A stretch of 64,000 nucleotides of DNA from assembly GCA_023920165.1 (NCBI GenBank), contig CP089275.1, forward strand, positions 3,968,001-4,032,000, given 5' to 3'. A program made the position numbers and the translations under genes. The DNA is from Curvularia clavata (Eukaryota). Of the stretch, positions 36,601-49,554 are shown piece after piece; position 1 is the first letter of the stretch; every line of letters begins with the position of its first letter. Under the pieces are notes generated by a model. That model ran no database searches and was not told the DNA's origin. It saw only the letters and a program-made list of their open reading frames with translations.

Positions 36601-37028
36601 ATGGACTCCCTCGGCGGCAGCAGCTTCGGTAACCTCGACCTGACCAAGCTCTCGGACCGCGACAAGCAAGAGCTGCAACAATTCGCCATGAACGAGGGTC
36701 AAAAGGCGAGAATACAATCTTGTATGTCCCTCCTTCCCCCCTTCCCCCTTCCCTTCTTTTTACCCACTTGCACACCCACACGCACCTTGTTCTCAAACCC
36801 AGAGGAAGAAAAAGAAAACTAGAGAGCGGATGCAAGGCATGATGCTAACGCAAAACCGTAGCCATCCATGCCCTAACCGATACCTGTTTCCGCAAGTGCA
36901 TCCCCGCTGGCAATGTCAAATCGGGAAAGCTGGACAAGTACGAGGAGCCGTGCATGCGACAGTGTGTGGATCGGTTTTTGGATGCGAACATGGTTGTTTT
37001 GAGGGAGCTGGAGAGGCTGAGGGGTTAA
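36601..37028 (+). CDS. TIM8: Mitochondrial small Tim chaperone Tim8; intron about 36722-36860
   Basis: ELQQFAMNEGQKARIQS|..IHALTDTCFRKC...CMRQCVDRFLD twin CX3C motif. Confidence 0.9.
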
Positions 37029-37459
37029 GGTCTAGGTTGAATGAGACATTGAGAATGAGGGATTTGAGTGGGAAGAGGTGGCAGTGTACGATATGATACG
37101 ACACGATACGATATGGCAGACTGCGCTGGGATAGCATATCACAGTTGGCTATGTAGGATATGCGTGTACAAATACATCCAATGAGTATGACTACAACCCA
37201 AAGAGCAGAGCAACAACTCATTGGCTTGCGATTGCGGTCGCAGCCAATCAAACATCACAAATCCATTCAACAATCGGGGAAAAATATGCTTAGGACCAAG
37301 TTCAATACTGGCGCCATGTGGAAATTGATTCATTCGAGTCACCGTGACTACGTTTATCCCATGAACGCCCGCCATGCATATCACATCGCTTTTTCTTTTG
37401 CTGGGTATAACCAGGACCCTATCATGACCATGCCCTTTGCTCATACAAACACCACCTCT

Positions 37460-38223
37460 TTAAACAATGGCGAGCTTGGTAGCCGCAATGTCGAGAGCGT
37501 CGACGTCGGCGGTGAGACGGCAGAAAGCCTTCTTGGAGCCGTCGGGGCGGATCAAGGTGTTGATCTTGACGCAGCTGACGTCGTACTGCTTCTTGAGGGC
37601 GGCAGCGATTTGGCGCTTGTTGGCCTTGACGTTGCAGATGAAGACAAGGGTGTTGTTCTCCTCAATCTTCTTCATGGCGGACTCGGTGTTGAGAGGGTGG
37701 ATGAGGACCTTCTCGGCGTCCATGCGAGGGGCATGGGGGACCGACTTGCGAGGGTACTTGCCGGCGCGGGACAGCTCGAGGGTCTTGGGACTGCAAGAAC
37801 GTCAGCACGTAGGAGTCTGGCAAAGTGTTATGGGACATACCGGTGGAAGCTAGTGCTCGTCCTGATGGCGCGCTTCTTGTTCGCATACGACTGTCATCTC
37901 GTTAATTGTGTCCGTCACACGAGAAGTCCAGCCCGTCAGATATATGTTTCTGACACGACTCAAGAGGATCAGGGGAGGCTTACGCCGCGAAGGGCCGCTT
38001 TGGCAGCGGCATTGGCCTGCTTGCCGGTCTTGGTGGCGGCTGCGAATATTGTTAGCCATGAGCGCAAACTGAAGGGAGTTGATCGAGGCGCATTTGCGAA
38101 GTTCCTTCACCAAGGTTACGCTGCTGATATGCAAGCGTTGCTTCGCGATTTCTTGCTCCTTTTTCGATCTCGCAGCTGCGATATAGGCGTGAACATACTC
38201 TTGGATGCTGGCTTGGGTCCCAT
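37460..38223 (-). CDS. RPL25: 60S ribosomal protein L25 (uL23), 4 exons
   Basis: [49 protein letters not shown]. Confidence 0.96.
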
Positions 38224-38401
38224 TTTGGCGGTGTTGGTGGTCCTGGTGGTTAGTGTCGAGAATCGCAATTCATTTTTGCGGCGGACAGAAAGCAGGTGCG
38301 AGGGCTCGGCTAACTCGCGCTAGCACTCGCGCTAAATCCTGCACTGCGAACTCTCAGCACGTCGCTACCTGACCCATGTGACTTGCGACGCGAGCAGCAT
38401 C

Positions 38402-39265
38402 ATGGCTGTCAAGAAGCGCCCGAAAACTCTGTCGCATGGCCGACCACCCATCAGCAAGCCGAAGGAGCGCATGACCTCTGAACGGTCAAGGACCATCATT
38501 CGCACCCATCACCGTTTACAAAAGGAGCACGCAGCAGCTCTAAAGAAGGCAGATTTGTCAACTGCAGAAGAGATTGCTCGCGCCATCGAAAAGAATGGAG
38601 GTATAAAGACTTATCAAGCTGCAAGCAAGCAAGGACAGGCAAAAGATCGGGGCGGTGATTCGAGCAAAGTTTTGGTTGAATGGCTGCAAAAGTCGCACGT
38701 GCTACCAGCGAAAGGAAAAAACCATAGCATTCCTGAACTTCGATGTCTGGAAATCGGCGCTCTGTCGACCAAGAATGAGATCTCCAAGTACTCTGGCGCC
38801 ATCAACATGACAAGGATCGATCTTAACAGCCAGGGTCCGGGTATTGAGAAGCAAGATTTCATGCAACGGCCGCTTCCTACGACTGATAGCGAACGCTTCG
38901 ATATCATCTCATTGTCATTGGTACTCAACTACGTCCCAGACGCAGTCGGTCGGGGCGAGATGCTGAAGCGTCTCACCAAGTTTCTGCGAACGAACACAGC
39001 AAAAGTGGACAGTTCCCTCCCCACACTACCAGCACTGTTCTTCGTTCTGCCACGTCCATGTGTCGACAATTCCCGTTACCTGGACGAGGCGCTGCTTCTG
39101 CAAATCATGGGTCGCCTTGGCTTCAATATGTCATGCAGCAAGAAGACATCGAAATTATCCTATTACATGTTTGTTTCAACAACGGAGCCGACCAAAGCGA
39201 CCACGGAAAAAAGGAAGATTCGAGATGGCCCAGGCATGAACAATTTCTGCATCGTTGTGGAATGA
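38402..39265 (+). CDS. BMT2: 25S rRNA adenine-N1 methyltransferase
   Basis: YQAASKQGQAKDRGGDSSKVLVEWL, LEIGALS, IDLNSQGPGIEKQDFM, SLSLVLNYVP, GMNNFCIV. Confidence 0.9.
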   Translation: MAVKKRPKTLSHGRPPISKPKERMTSERSRTIIRTHHRLQKEHAAALKKADLSTAEEIARAIEKNGGIKTYQAASKQGQAKDRGGDSSKVLVEWLQKSHVLPAKGKNHSIPELRCLEIGALSTKNEISKYSGAINMTRIDLNSQGPGIEKQDFMQRPLPTTDSERFDIISLSLVLNYVPDAVGRGEMLKRLTKFLRTNTAKVDSSLPTLPALFFVLPRPCVDNSRYLDEALLLQIMGRLGFNMSCSKKTSKLSYYMFVSTTEPTKATTEKRKIRDGPGMNNFCIVVE

Positions 39266-40629
39266 ACGCCTAATCCTCAGGGGTCGAGACCTAATCTACC
39301 AACTGCTCTAGAGCGAGACCACAACCCACCGTGCAAGCTACGGCCGAATAAGCTTATCGAAAAGTATGAGTAACATCTCTGATTCTGCACAGAGCACTTG
39401 CAATGGAGGACGCTCTATCCGCCTTGGCGCTATCCTAGATACACCATAAACATGCGGCGACTACTACTACGAGAGGATTGTTTTTGCTTAATCGGGAGAG
39501 CTGTTCGATCGCAGTATCCATCAGAGATTATCCGCGACTTGTATGGACTCTCAATCTTACCCCACTTCTCTCCATGCCTGGTGATGGCATCGGATCTCTC
39601 CGCATTGTCCTGGTTTGCTACAGACTGGTAATGGCGACAAGCTTGGCCTGTACCAGGCATCATACCGGCATCTTTCCAGTGGCCGAGTGTTGTCTTAGTA
39701 TTTAAAGCAGAGTCATAGCACAGCAGCGGGGCAGAAATTTCGCCGAGGCCAGCTATACCGTCTACATACATGCCAATTTCCACCGGTAATCTGCGGTATT
39801 ATCGCATGTGTGGAGTACAGGCTCTAGACTGTTCGGCAGTAACTACATGATTTTGTCGTTGGGCCGACAAAGTTCCGAACGGTGTTCCAAGATGTTTGCT
39901 AGAAGGCCTCGTCCCATGTGCATCGTGCGCCTATAGATACGATACTTGCCTTTTGCGCGCGCAACGACTGTTCCCCTGCAGAAACCCGCTCGCACCGTTG
40001 GACGCTAAAGAGCCGGACGCCGAAGAACAATAAATTCTCATTGTGTTGCCGCCGTGTTATCTCGCTCCCGTTTGATGTTCCACTAGCGCGCCCTTCATCC
40101 TAGCATCGCTGCTCACGGCCCCGTTTCCCATCTCGCCAAGCATAACACAAGCCTTTTTCTGAAACAACTTTAGCACACCCGAATCCCAGACACCGGCTTG
40201 TTAGAGTATATTTTGGTCGCGGGAACAGCCTGCCAGAGGCGCAATGCGCATCGCGTCTGTGAGACGTTTGCCCGTCTTTGGCAGGTTGAGCAGGGGCAGG
40301 TCAAACAGGAGATGAGCTTATTTCCAGTCGCTTCCGGAGACACAATCTCCACATGGGAGTTTGTCCGAGCTGGTGGGCGCTGCCCTGCTCTCGTGAAATG
40401 AGGTGTCAGCCGGGCCTGGGGTTTATGTACCTGGGCGGGGGCGCTTGTTGTTGGTGGAGTGTTGTTCATTTACTACCTCGTCCGCCTCGTGGCAAAGCCA
40501 AACTCAAGTCATTCTTTCCAGTCACTCATTTTCAAGCCGCTGTGCTGCTGTCGTTCGTTACCTGAATCACTGCCACGATTCTTCGCATTACTTGTCAAAA
40601 CTAAACCAGTCGACTAGAAGTCAGACATT

Positions 40630-41778
40630 ATGAAGTCCACTATCTTCTCCATCCTGCCCATTGCTGGTCTCGCTGCCGCCGCTGGCTCTTCCTGCCCGGC
40701 TCAGCAGACTTACACCAAGACCGAGTATGAGACTGTCTATGAGACTGCTACCGGTGCGAAGGTTGCCGACGTCACGAGCAGCAAGCCCATTACTTGCTCA
40801 AGGCCCACTGTTACCGCTACCACCTATGAGAAGGTCTACGTCACTGTCACCCCCGGTTTTGGTTCCATGCCCCCCAAGCCAAAGTCAACCAGCACTGTTG
40901 ATGTCACCACCACCGTGACTGTCCGCCCAACAGCTTCGGTCTGTGAAAACAGCCCATCCTCGGCTCCCTTCAAGTCCAGTGCTGCGCCATCCTCTTCCAA
41001 GGCTCCCGCCTCGACTCCTGCCATGAGCTCCAGCCCAGCTGCCAACTCCGCCGCGTACCCCACTTCTACTCCTGCTGCTGCTGCGGCGTCTTCCCCAGCT
41101 GCCTACTCCTCTGTTGCTGCTGCTGCGGCTTCTCCTAAGCCTGCTTCCACCAGCAGCCCCAGCACTGGCTCTGCAGGCTCCAAGCGCGGCGAGGCTACTT
41201 TCTATGGAGGCAACACTGATGGTGGCATGTGCTCCTTCACTGGCTACACCATTCCCAGTGGTGTCTTCGGTACCGCGCTCACCGACTCTGACTGGAATGG
41301 CGGCAGCGCCTGCGGCACCTGTGTCAGCGTCACTGGTCCTTCCGGTGACAAGATCACTGCCATGGTCGTTGACCAGTGCCCTGGCTGCGGTCCCCATCAC
41401 CTCGACCTGTTCCCTGACGCCTTCAAGAAGCTCGCCGATCCCTCCAAGGGCGTGATCAACGTCTCATGGGAAGTTGTTCCTTGCGGAATCACCACTCCCA
41501 TTGTCCTCAAGAACAAGTCCGGTACCAGCAAGTTCTGGTTCTCCATGCAAGTTGTGAACTCCAACGTCGAGGTCAAGTCTCTCGAGGTCTCGACCGACGG
41601 CGGTAACACCTGGAAGGCCACCCAGAGGAAGGACTACAACTACTTCGAGAACGCTGCTGGTTTCGGTGCTGATACTGTCGACGTCAAGGTCACTGGTACT
41701 AGCGGCTCGCCCATCATTGTCAAGGGTGTCAGCGTTGCTTCCGGCACCACCAAGACCGCCTCTAGCAACTTTGCTTAA
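40630..41778 (+). CDS. Secreted expansin-like protein (signal peptide, S/T/A-rich linker, DPBB domain, expansin C-terminal domain)
   Basis: GEATFYGG, GSACGTCVSVTG, MVVDQCPGCGPHHLDL, WFSMQVVN, RKDYNYF. Confidence 0.9.
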   Translation: MKSTIFSILPIAGLAAAAGSSCPAQQTYTKTEYETVYETATGAKVADVTSSKPITCSRPTVTATTYEKVYVTVTPGFGSMPPKPKSTSTVDVTTTVTVRPTASVCENSPSSAPFKSSAAPSSSKAPASTPAMSSSPAANSAAYPTSTPAAAAASSPAAYSSVAAAAASPKPASTSSPSTGSAGSKRGEATFYGGNTDGGMCSFTGYTIPSGVFGTALTDSDWNGGSACGTCVSVTGPSGDKITAMVVDQCPGCGPHHLDLFPDAFKKLADPSKGVINVSWEVVPCGITTPIVLKNKSGTSKFWFSMQVVNSNVEVKSLEVSTDGGNTWKATQRKDYNYFENAAGFGADTVDVKVTGTSGSPIIVKGVSVASGTTKTASSNFA

Positions 41779-43580
41779 GCGTAGTGTAGATCAGAGCTGG
41801 ACCCAAGTTAGTATGGGCAGCTTTTTCTTCTCTTGACGATCTGGACGGGATGATATACTTATTCTTAGTTTTGTATATTCGGCCAACCTCTCTTCTTAGG
41901 GCACCAGCCTTGATGGGCGAATTTCACTTCTTTTCACATTGGTTTTAGCATTTCACAGTTTATCTCTCTACATTCTATAGACTTGGTCTTGGCCGTAGAA
42001 AGGCTATGCTGGGTTTAAACTCCATAAAATGGAAGTTTTTTTCTACTGTGTTGTATTCCATCCACTTCTCTCCTATATCCCTAGCCATGTGCCCTCTTTT
42101 ATTTTGAGCGCAAAAAAGCAACAACATCAATGTTTAAATAAGAGGAGTTGTCAGTCTCGATAGTAATCCAGAAAACAATAATTCTCCCTCTTGCACTCTT
42201 ATCGGCCGCACTTCATCAATCCCAAACATGACCTAGCCCACCACCAACCAACATAACCTCATGATGCCGACAAGACACGAATATTACGCCCTGAAATCAT
42301 CTACATATATGGTTCTGCTCCCTGGTCGACCCCTACGCCAAATACACACCCAATCCCTGCCTACGACCAGAATCTCAAGCTTACCAAGAGCATCCCTGCA
42401 TCCCCACCTCCACCTCCACCTTCTCCACACGTTCAATCCACCAAACATCCGCATCCTCATGAATGCGACAGTATGCCCCGAAACGAAACATGATAACTTA
42501 ATTTTCTTCATTCTACCGCACTTTCCTCGGGTAAACACAATGAAGTGCATCTCTCATGTATTGGGGAAACAGGGTAATCCTTGACCGAAGGGCAGAACAA
42601 CCGGAGATTAAGCTTGAATGTTTGTGACATCTCAACAAGCGTGGGGGGATATCGGCTTGAGATATTTAGGAATGACGTAGGTCAAGGACAGTTAGTGCGG
42701 GATTACTCTAGGGGCGAGTTTAATAGGGTTTATGGTGCTGGGATATTAGCATCGAAAGGCTTTGTAGTAGAAAGAGGTTTGTTTGTTTAAGAATATTGGA
42801 TAGTCACTATTCTACAGTCTTTTTTTTCTTTTCTTTTTGACTTGGTACGAAAATCGGCATCAAGGTACAAACTCAATTCTTTTTCGTTCTTCTGAGAGTG
42901 CGATGCGAAGATAAGTTAGTAGCTCGGGGCGAGATGTCGTGATTGGAAAGTGTTTCAAGGCAGGTAGGAAAAGCTCAATTCTTTTCTTGGAAGAATTAGA
43001 GGCTCTGTAAGTCTGGCTGCCGTAGACTTGATGGGAAAGAGATGTGGTCTTTTCCAAGGGGCATGTTGTTCTTGGGTGGATAGCGGGTATGACACCATAG
43101 CATCATAACGATTATTGTGGCTAGAGAAAAGTAGGTTGTGAGTTTGGGAAGGCCGTATAGATTAAGTTTCTTGGGAACACGTGCAGGAAAAACATAGAAA
43201 TGCACTGTTTTGTCTGTAGCGCAGTTAGGTGGTATACGGACAATACAATACTCACTCACATACACGTCGTCCCTCCCCCGTGAAACTCAGTGAGAAGTCT
43301 CAAGCAGAGACTGGAGAGAAAAAAGAGGATAAAGGGCGAGGTATGACTGTCATAGCATATAGGCATCCTGCACTACCAAACAACACAGCTCTGGAATATG
43401 CACGAGACAAATGGTTGAAGATAAAAGTGAATTGATTAATTTAAGCCCTTGTATATCCCATATCACACGCCCATTTCCCGTCACACATGGTATAATACAC
43501 CCTTTCGCTACTGTTTTCCATGAATACAGATGAGCGATCCCTTCTATAAGCCGAGAACATTGTAATTGACTTGTATGACT

Positions 43581-43790
43581 TTACAACAGGCCCAAGGCGG
43601 CGATACCCATGGCGCCGAGACCAATGGCAGCGGCATCGGCGGTCATCATGGGAGCAGGGTTGCTGTGGTGGGTGCTGGTGGCCGATTTTGTTTCGGTAAC
43701 GGTGGTCTTTTCAGACTTGGTGCTTGTTGTTGTATCGGCGGCACCGGCGATGGCCAGGAGGGCAGAGAGAAGAACGGCCTTGAAGAGCAT
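43581..43790 (-). CDS. 69-aa secreted, probably GPI-anchored Thr-rich microprotein
   Basis: Signal peptide MLFKAVLLSALLAIAGA, T/S-rich core, hydrophobic C-terminus AAAIGLGAMGIAALGLL. AAC-ATG context and TATAAA about 120 nt upstream. Confidence 0.75.
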   Translation of the reverse strand: MLFKAVLLSALLAIAGAADTTTSTKSEKTTVTETKSATSTHHSNPAPMMTADAAAIGLGAMGIAALGLL

Positions 43791-45809
43791 GTTGGCAAGA
43801 CTTTTCAGAGAGAGTAGAATTTCTGAAGAGCGAGTGAGAGAGTGAGAGAGAAGTAGTGAGAGAATGTAGATTTGGCTTGATAGAGTTTGGAGGGGCGGAT
43901 ACGGCAGCCTTTATACTGTGGTTTACCCCCTTCAACGTCTCCCTAAGCTTGCCCTGGCCATGGCAACAGCAGTGAGAATCCAGCACCAAACAAGGGAGCC
44001 GATGTATCCGGACCCGGCTGCTTCACTTGTCTGAGGTTGCATGCACGGCCGGGGTCTCGCTGCAGCAGCTTATTCGACCAGACATGTGGCTGTGCCGAGA
44101 CTGGAATGGCTCAGGATGAAGTGTGGCACTATGTTCTTTCACGTGTGATCTTGCATGATGTACAGTAAAAGACGCAGCTGGGTCAAAGCCAAGGGCGCCA
44201 TACGCTTTGATCAAGGCTTGTTTTGACCATGCAATGGGTACGGAGGGCGAGCGGCATATGCTCATTGGCTCTGGCGTACCCTGGAATGAAGCTAACTGCA
44301 CAGCCAAGCAATGGCGACGGCTCCACAAAGCTTGTCTGCTGTTTATTGTAATCTGCTAGCCAATGTTGCGGAGAGAACCTTTGGTGAATTGTATTATAAC
44401 GTTCATAAAACTCACATGGTATGGTTGCAAACAGTGGTCGAACCGATATAGGAATACCCAGGTATTCCATCTGGTGTAGTGAACACGCACGCTGTAGCTC
44501 CGCGCCATTTAAAGATGGGTTGTCAGCGGTACCACTAGCAGAACCAAGGCCGAGTGAGCTGGCTGTCAACGGCTACCAGCTCGTTAAGAAACCAGATGTC
44601 GACATCGGTTCGGATGAGCCGGGGCGAATCAAATATGGTGATGCGGAATTCGGTGTGAGCAAAGACTGGATAGGGGTGCATGTGGCGAGTGTGCACGGGA
44701 AGGGCCTGGATGGCCATGGACTGACTGGCTTGCGTGGCTGGTGGAGGCAGGTCCGTAGCTGAACCTGCATCTGCATCAGCATAGCCGTGCTTGTGCAGCC
44801 TGGGATTGGTAGACATAGTCGGGTGCAGAGTGTGGCTAGCACCGTGGAACAATCAACACCCTGTCTACCAGCGGGACACACCATTGATAGTTCAAGTCTA
44901 ACGCCAGCTGCTTGCAGAGGCTCGTGTTGGGTTTCACTAAAACGTACTGCCGCGCGTCGTTGTGATGGTAAGCTATTTCCGAAAAAGAAGTTTGGACCGG
45001 ACCACGACTTTGGCAGAATTCAATTGCAATGATGCGAGCTACTGGCATCGCAGCCACGTCAGTATTACTTCGTCATGGACCGCTCGTCCCAAGCAGCAGC
45101 AGCAGCAGCAGCAGGGCGGTATTTTGGCAGTCTGGGTGATGGTGGTGTCTGCTACGGAGTTACAAGCATCGAAGAGGAGGTAAACAAGCCTTCGGCCCTT
45201 TTCGACAAACAAGCCAATATAAGTGGCGCAGCAGTGGCGTGGTTGCGGCTAGGCGAGCAACGTAGCGCCAAATCAGACATGCCGTTGGAGCCGTGTATAT
45301 TAGGCATGCGCCAGCCCAAGCCGTATATAGATGTGCACTGGCCGATGCAGTCTGGCTTTCTTCTTCGTCACCGCTGCCATTCGACACTGCGTTTGGCTGT
45401 TCTCTGCCGTCTTCGTCGTCGTGTCAGGGGTGACTACGGAGTGACATACAGTATCATGGATGGCGTGCTTCAATCACTGCACTGGGAACGTGGCCTGTGT
45501 CCTCGTATCACATAATAATGGTCTAAAGTTCGGGTCAGATGCTACTTTTGACTCTTTACATCTGTAAGTTGACAATCATGACAACAATTCCGTGAGGTTG
45601 CTCCTCATTATTCATACAGTCGTGCGCTGTATTTGGGTATCATTTCGTACATGGCTGCAGGCACGCCGCCCATACATGTATCATGTCCAGCACCTCCAAA
45701 AATGGCATACATCTCCCTCCTGACCAACATGATCGTCCAGTCCTGAGGGTAGATATGAATCTCAACAAGGCATGGATAGCCGCGTCACAAAAAACAAGAA
45801 TGCCGTCGT

Positions 45810-47679
45810 TTACCGTGGTTGAACAGCAGGGAAATAGCGGGGGCCCGAGTAGCCGTAGAATTGAACGCTTTCGATATCAATGTTCCCGTCTCGCTTTGGA
45901 CTCCAGAACTTGAGCAGGACATATCTTCCTGAACTGTACAAACAATGTCAGCACAGGGCCTTTTGAGTGCGTCTATCATGGACCTACATTGCTGGGTGGA
46001 ACTTGATGGTAATCTTGTTCTTGTTCTTGGCGATGAAGAAGCGTGCATGGGGCGCGATGATCGGCTCCGTATCCGGTGTACGTTCAGACGGCTCAATTCG
46101 GCTGGGTGTAGTGATGCGCGATGCACGAATAGGCTCTAGATATCGTTCTCTCCGCTCTCGCCACTCGCCATATGGACTGTATTCTAGCGGTACTGCCCGT
46201 GAAAGAGATGCCAAGCGCGGTACCGTCTCGTCATCTTCGTCTTCGCTGTCTGGATGCCAGCGGCTCTCCCTTCGCAGACGGTCTGCCATTATCGCAGCAC
46301 TGGGCACTTCTTCGTTAGAGTCCGAATCGTCATCTTCACTAGCAGCTGTAGTGACGGTAAAGGGTGGCGGGGTCGGCGCAGAAATGCCAGCAGCACCACT
46401 GTAAGCATCGTCTGCTACATGGTCACAGTTATCACCGTCGGTTTCGTCTTCGTGCTCTACCATCTGGCGCAGGACCCGCCGACGGTCCGAATCGGAGCGC
46501 AAAGATGACATCAAGGTCGCGGATTCGGCATTCAGCCGCTCACTGCGAAGACGCAGGTTCTCAATGCGTTCTTCCATCTCTTCTTGAGTACCTTGGCGAG
46601 AGTACTGCCACACCGACGGGTCTTCCAGAGCTTCTCTTAGAGATATCTGCTCGTTGTCCTCGTTGGGCAGGCTAGGTGTGGGCGACATGAGCGGGGAGCG
46701 AGCTTCATAATGCAAATTATAGGCAGAGGTTCTGGACAAGAGTTCATCGGCAGACATGGACACGAAAACAAGACCCTCTTGGACACTGGTACGAGGTTAG
46801 CGGTGGGACCAGACGACCAACAGGAGACACATACGGAGCCGTAAATCCACGGTCCGGTGCTCGGATGACGACCTTCTCCAGGGCAAAGGGGGCTTCGCCA
46901 ATGTGCTTGAGCAGGAGGTTGCACTGTGAGCTCTCGCTGCAGTAGACGCTCTTATCGTTTCTTAACACGTTCTGAACCTTGTACAGGCCGGGCGGGTTGT
47001 CTCTACGGTGCTCGCCGCCGTCGCAGCTCACAATCTCCATGCGCAGGCGGCCCGACACCACCTGACCCTTGTGGCCGTACTTGAAGCACATGTACTCGGT
47101 GGCACCACTCGTATCGTGCTGTAGCTTTCTGCGCTTGTGAGTGCGCTCCGTGCTGACCTGAACAATGGGGCTTCGGGGCCGGGCGTGGGTACCAATGTTT
47201 GCATTGGCAGTGAAGGGGTTGTTGATGGGCACATCACTAAGAGAGTCTAGCATGTCATTCGACAGGTCCATGGCCGCCGAGCGCTGTTCGCGTATGCGGG
47301 CTTGTGAACGGCGGAGGTAGCGTTCGCTAGGGGTGGCACGGGGACGGCTGGGATTTGCTGTGGGAGGCCGCCGCGACAAGTTATCGGGAGCGACAGTGGT
47401 TTCACGTGGAGGCCCAAAAATACGGTGCAGCTGGCCTCTTCTGGTCGAGGTACGAGCGCGCGCGCGCCTGGCTGGCTCTCGCGATGCCGATGGCGCCTCG
47501 TCATGTGTAGGGTCCTGGCGCTGGCCGGCTACAGGGCGCAGGCCGTTCCTCGAGGCCGTCGAGCTGGCAGCGCGGGAAGCAGTAGGCGGCGAGGTTGAGG
47601 CATGGGGAAAGTCAAAGCTGCCGGTGGTGAAGGGGAAGGTTGCGGGGGGAGGCGATGGGGATGAGGGTGGTCTAGGCAT
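45810..47679 (-). CDS. Hypothetical protein, 3 exons; beta-rich N- and C-terminal segments separated by an acidic disordered insert
   Basis: Exons join in frame: RAPDRGFTAP|VQEGLVFVSM...ITIKFHPAI|SGRYVLLKFWSP..NIDIESVQFYGYSGPRYFPAVQPR*. Confidence 0.8.
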
Positions 47680-48121
47680 TGGTGACGTCGGTGCTGTGTC
47701 GCATGGGGCCTGGTCGAGCGTGCGGGCGATGGTCCAGGATGTCAGAACAGCGTAGAGAGGAGCAGGTTGGGCTATGGCGCGGCGTGTAGGGTGAGGCTGA
47801 AGGCGAGTCGAGGGTGATAGGGTTGAGGATGTGGCTGAGGTGGAGGCTTGTCCCGTGCTGTCGTCAGTCGCGGGGTGGGGGCGCAGGTCGGACTGTCACT
47901 GGCCATCGCCGGGCCTCCCCTGCAGAGCCGCATTCCATTCCTGGATAGTACCAAAACGAGCCAAGTGAATGCATGCCATCATCGTCACTTAGACACGACA
48001 AACTCTCCCAGCCGCCCAATTGCTTCCTTTACCTTCCTCCTCACACGCGCCGCGCTTGCCCGCTCGTCCACGGCACGACCGACCTCTACACCCTACCCGC
48101 TCGTCCACACTTGTCAACACC

Positions 48122-49339
48122 ATGACTGACATCACCGAGCCCGCCGCGATACCTCCGCCCGCAGCCAATGGCGCCCTAACCGTAGAGGACGCGGCCGGGG
48201 CGACTGTCGCTGCCATCGCCGAAGCCAATAGCATCTCAGCCGACGAGATCGCTCTCTACGACCGCCAGATCCGCCTCTGGGGCGTCCAGGCCCAGCAGAA
48301 GATTCGCACAGCCAACATTCTGCTTGTCTCCATCAAGGCCCTAGCCAACGAAATCGCAAAGAACCTCGTCCTCGCTGGCATAGGCTCTATCACCCTCGCA
48401 GACCACGAAAATGTCACAGAAGAGGACCTGGGCGCGTCCTTCTTCGTCAGCGACGCCGACGTTGGTAAGAACCGCGCAGAAGCAGCGAAGCCTCAGGTTG
48501 AGAAACTCAACCCGCGCGTTACTGTCAAGACTATCACCACCGACATCCGTCTGGAGCAGGACACTGGCTTCTATGCCGCCTACGACGTCATCATAACAAC
48601 CGATATGGACTTCCTCTCCACATCCACTGTCAACGCCGGTGCGCGCATCGCAATGAAGCCCTTTTATGCAGGCGCTTCGCATGGCATGTACGGCTACATC
48701 TTCGCCGACCTCGTCGAGCATAACTTCGTCATTGAGCGCGAGAAGAGCAACCGCGACACCCAGCTCGGGCCCGAGACTACAACCAGGCGCGTCAAAGATG
48801 TCCAGGTCAAACGCGAGAATGGAAAGGTGGTCGAGCTTGTTACCAAGCAGGAGCTCTATAGCCCGCTCATGCTGGCCAAGGACTCACCGCTGCCCAGCGA
48901 CATTGCAAACAACCCACGGAGACTGAAGAGGGTCCACCCTCTGCTCACCTGTGTACGTGCCCTCTGGGAGTACCAACGAAACGGCCATGGCATCTATCCG
49001 TCCCATACGCCTCAAGACCTCCAGCTCTTCACCACCATTGCCAACGTCAAGCACAAGGAGCTTCTCCTTCCTATCGAATCGCTCAAAGCAGACGTTCTGA
49101 GAAGCTTCCTCCAGAACCTGGGCAGTGAGCTAGCACCCGTCACTGCTTTCTTGGGTGGTCAGCTGGCGCAAGACGTTATCAACGTGCTGGGCCAGCGCGA
49201 ACAGCCAATCCAGAATCTGATGTTGTTTGATGGCGAAGACAGCTCGGGTCCGGTATATGCGCTTCACCCCATTTTCCCAGGCAACCCGGTGCCAATCATT
49301 CCGAGCATCCCCGTCGATGCGCCAGTGACTGTAGTTTAG
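48122..49339 (+). CDS. AOS1: SUMO-activating enzyme E1 regulatory subunit
   Basis: EIALYDRQIRLWGVQAQQKI, ANEIAKNLVLAGIGSITL, APVTAFLGGQLAQDVINVL. Confidence 0.92.
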   Translation: MTDITEPAAIPPPAANGALTVEDAAGATVAAIAEANSISADEIALYDRQIRLWGVQAQQKIRTANILLVSIKALANEIAKNLVLAGIGSITLADHENVTEEDLGASFFVSDADVGKNRAEAAKPQVEKLNPRVTVKTITTDIRLEQDTGFYAAYDVIITTDMDFLSTSTVNAGARIAMKPFYAGASHGMYGYIFADLVEHNFVIEREKSNRDTQLGPETTTRRVKDVQVKRENGKVVELVTKQELYSPLMLAKDSPLPSDIANNPRRLKRVHPLLTCVRALWEYQRNGHGIYPSHTPQDLQLFTTIANVKHKELLLPIESLKADVLRSFLQNLGSELAPVTAFLGGQLAQDVINVLGQREQPIQNLMLFDGEDSSGPVYALHPIFPGNPVPIIPSIPVDAPVTVV

Positions 49340-49554
49340 ATTTGGAAAAACTAGAAGCGAGAGCAAACTCAAGAACCCACAAAACGCAATGCCAAAAGGA
49401 CCCTGTGGATGGGATTTGTATGAGGGAGGATATATAAGTAGTGAAAAGATACCCAAATGACTAGCGCTGCATGACAGCGAGAGAGCAAATGAAGCTCCAA
49501 AACCACCTAGACCTTTTCAAGTCGTTCAACATGACATGTGTATGCCCCTCGTGC

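Noticed and set aside
37160..38323. 387-aa plus-strand ORF
   Set aside because: Antisense shadow of the highly codon-biased RPL25 gene, crossing its introns, with no protein-like motifs.
42261..43435. Short minus-strand ORFs that might be a decayed gene or RIP relic
   Set aside because: No recognisable domain, TIR or LTR. Cannot be supported without a search.
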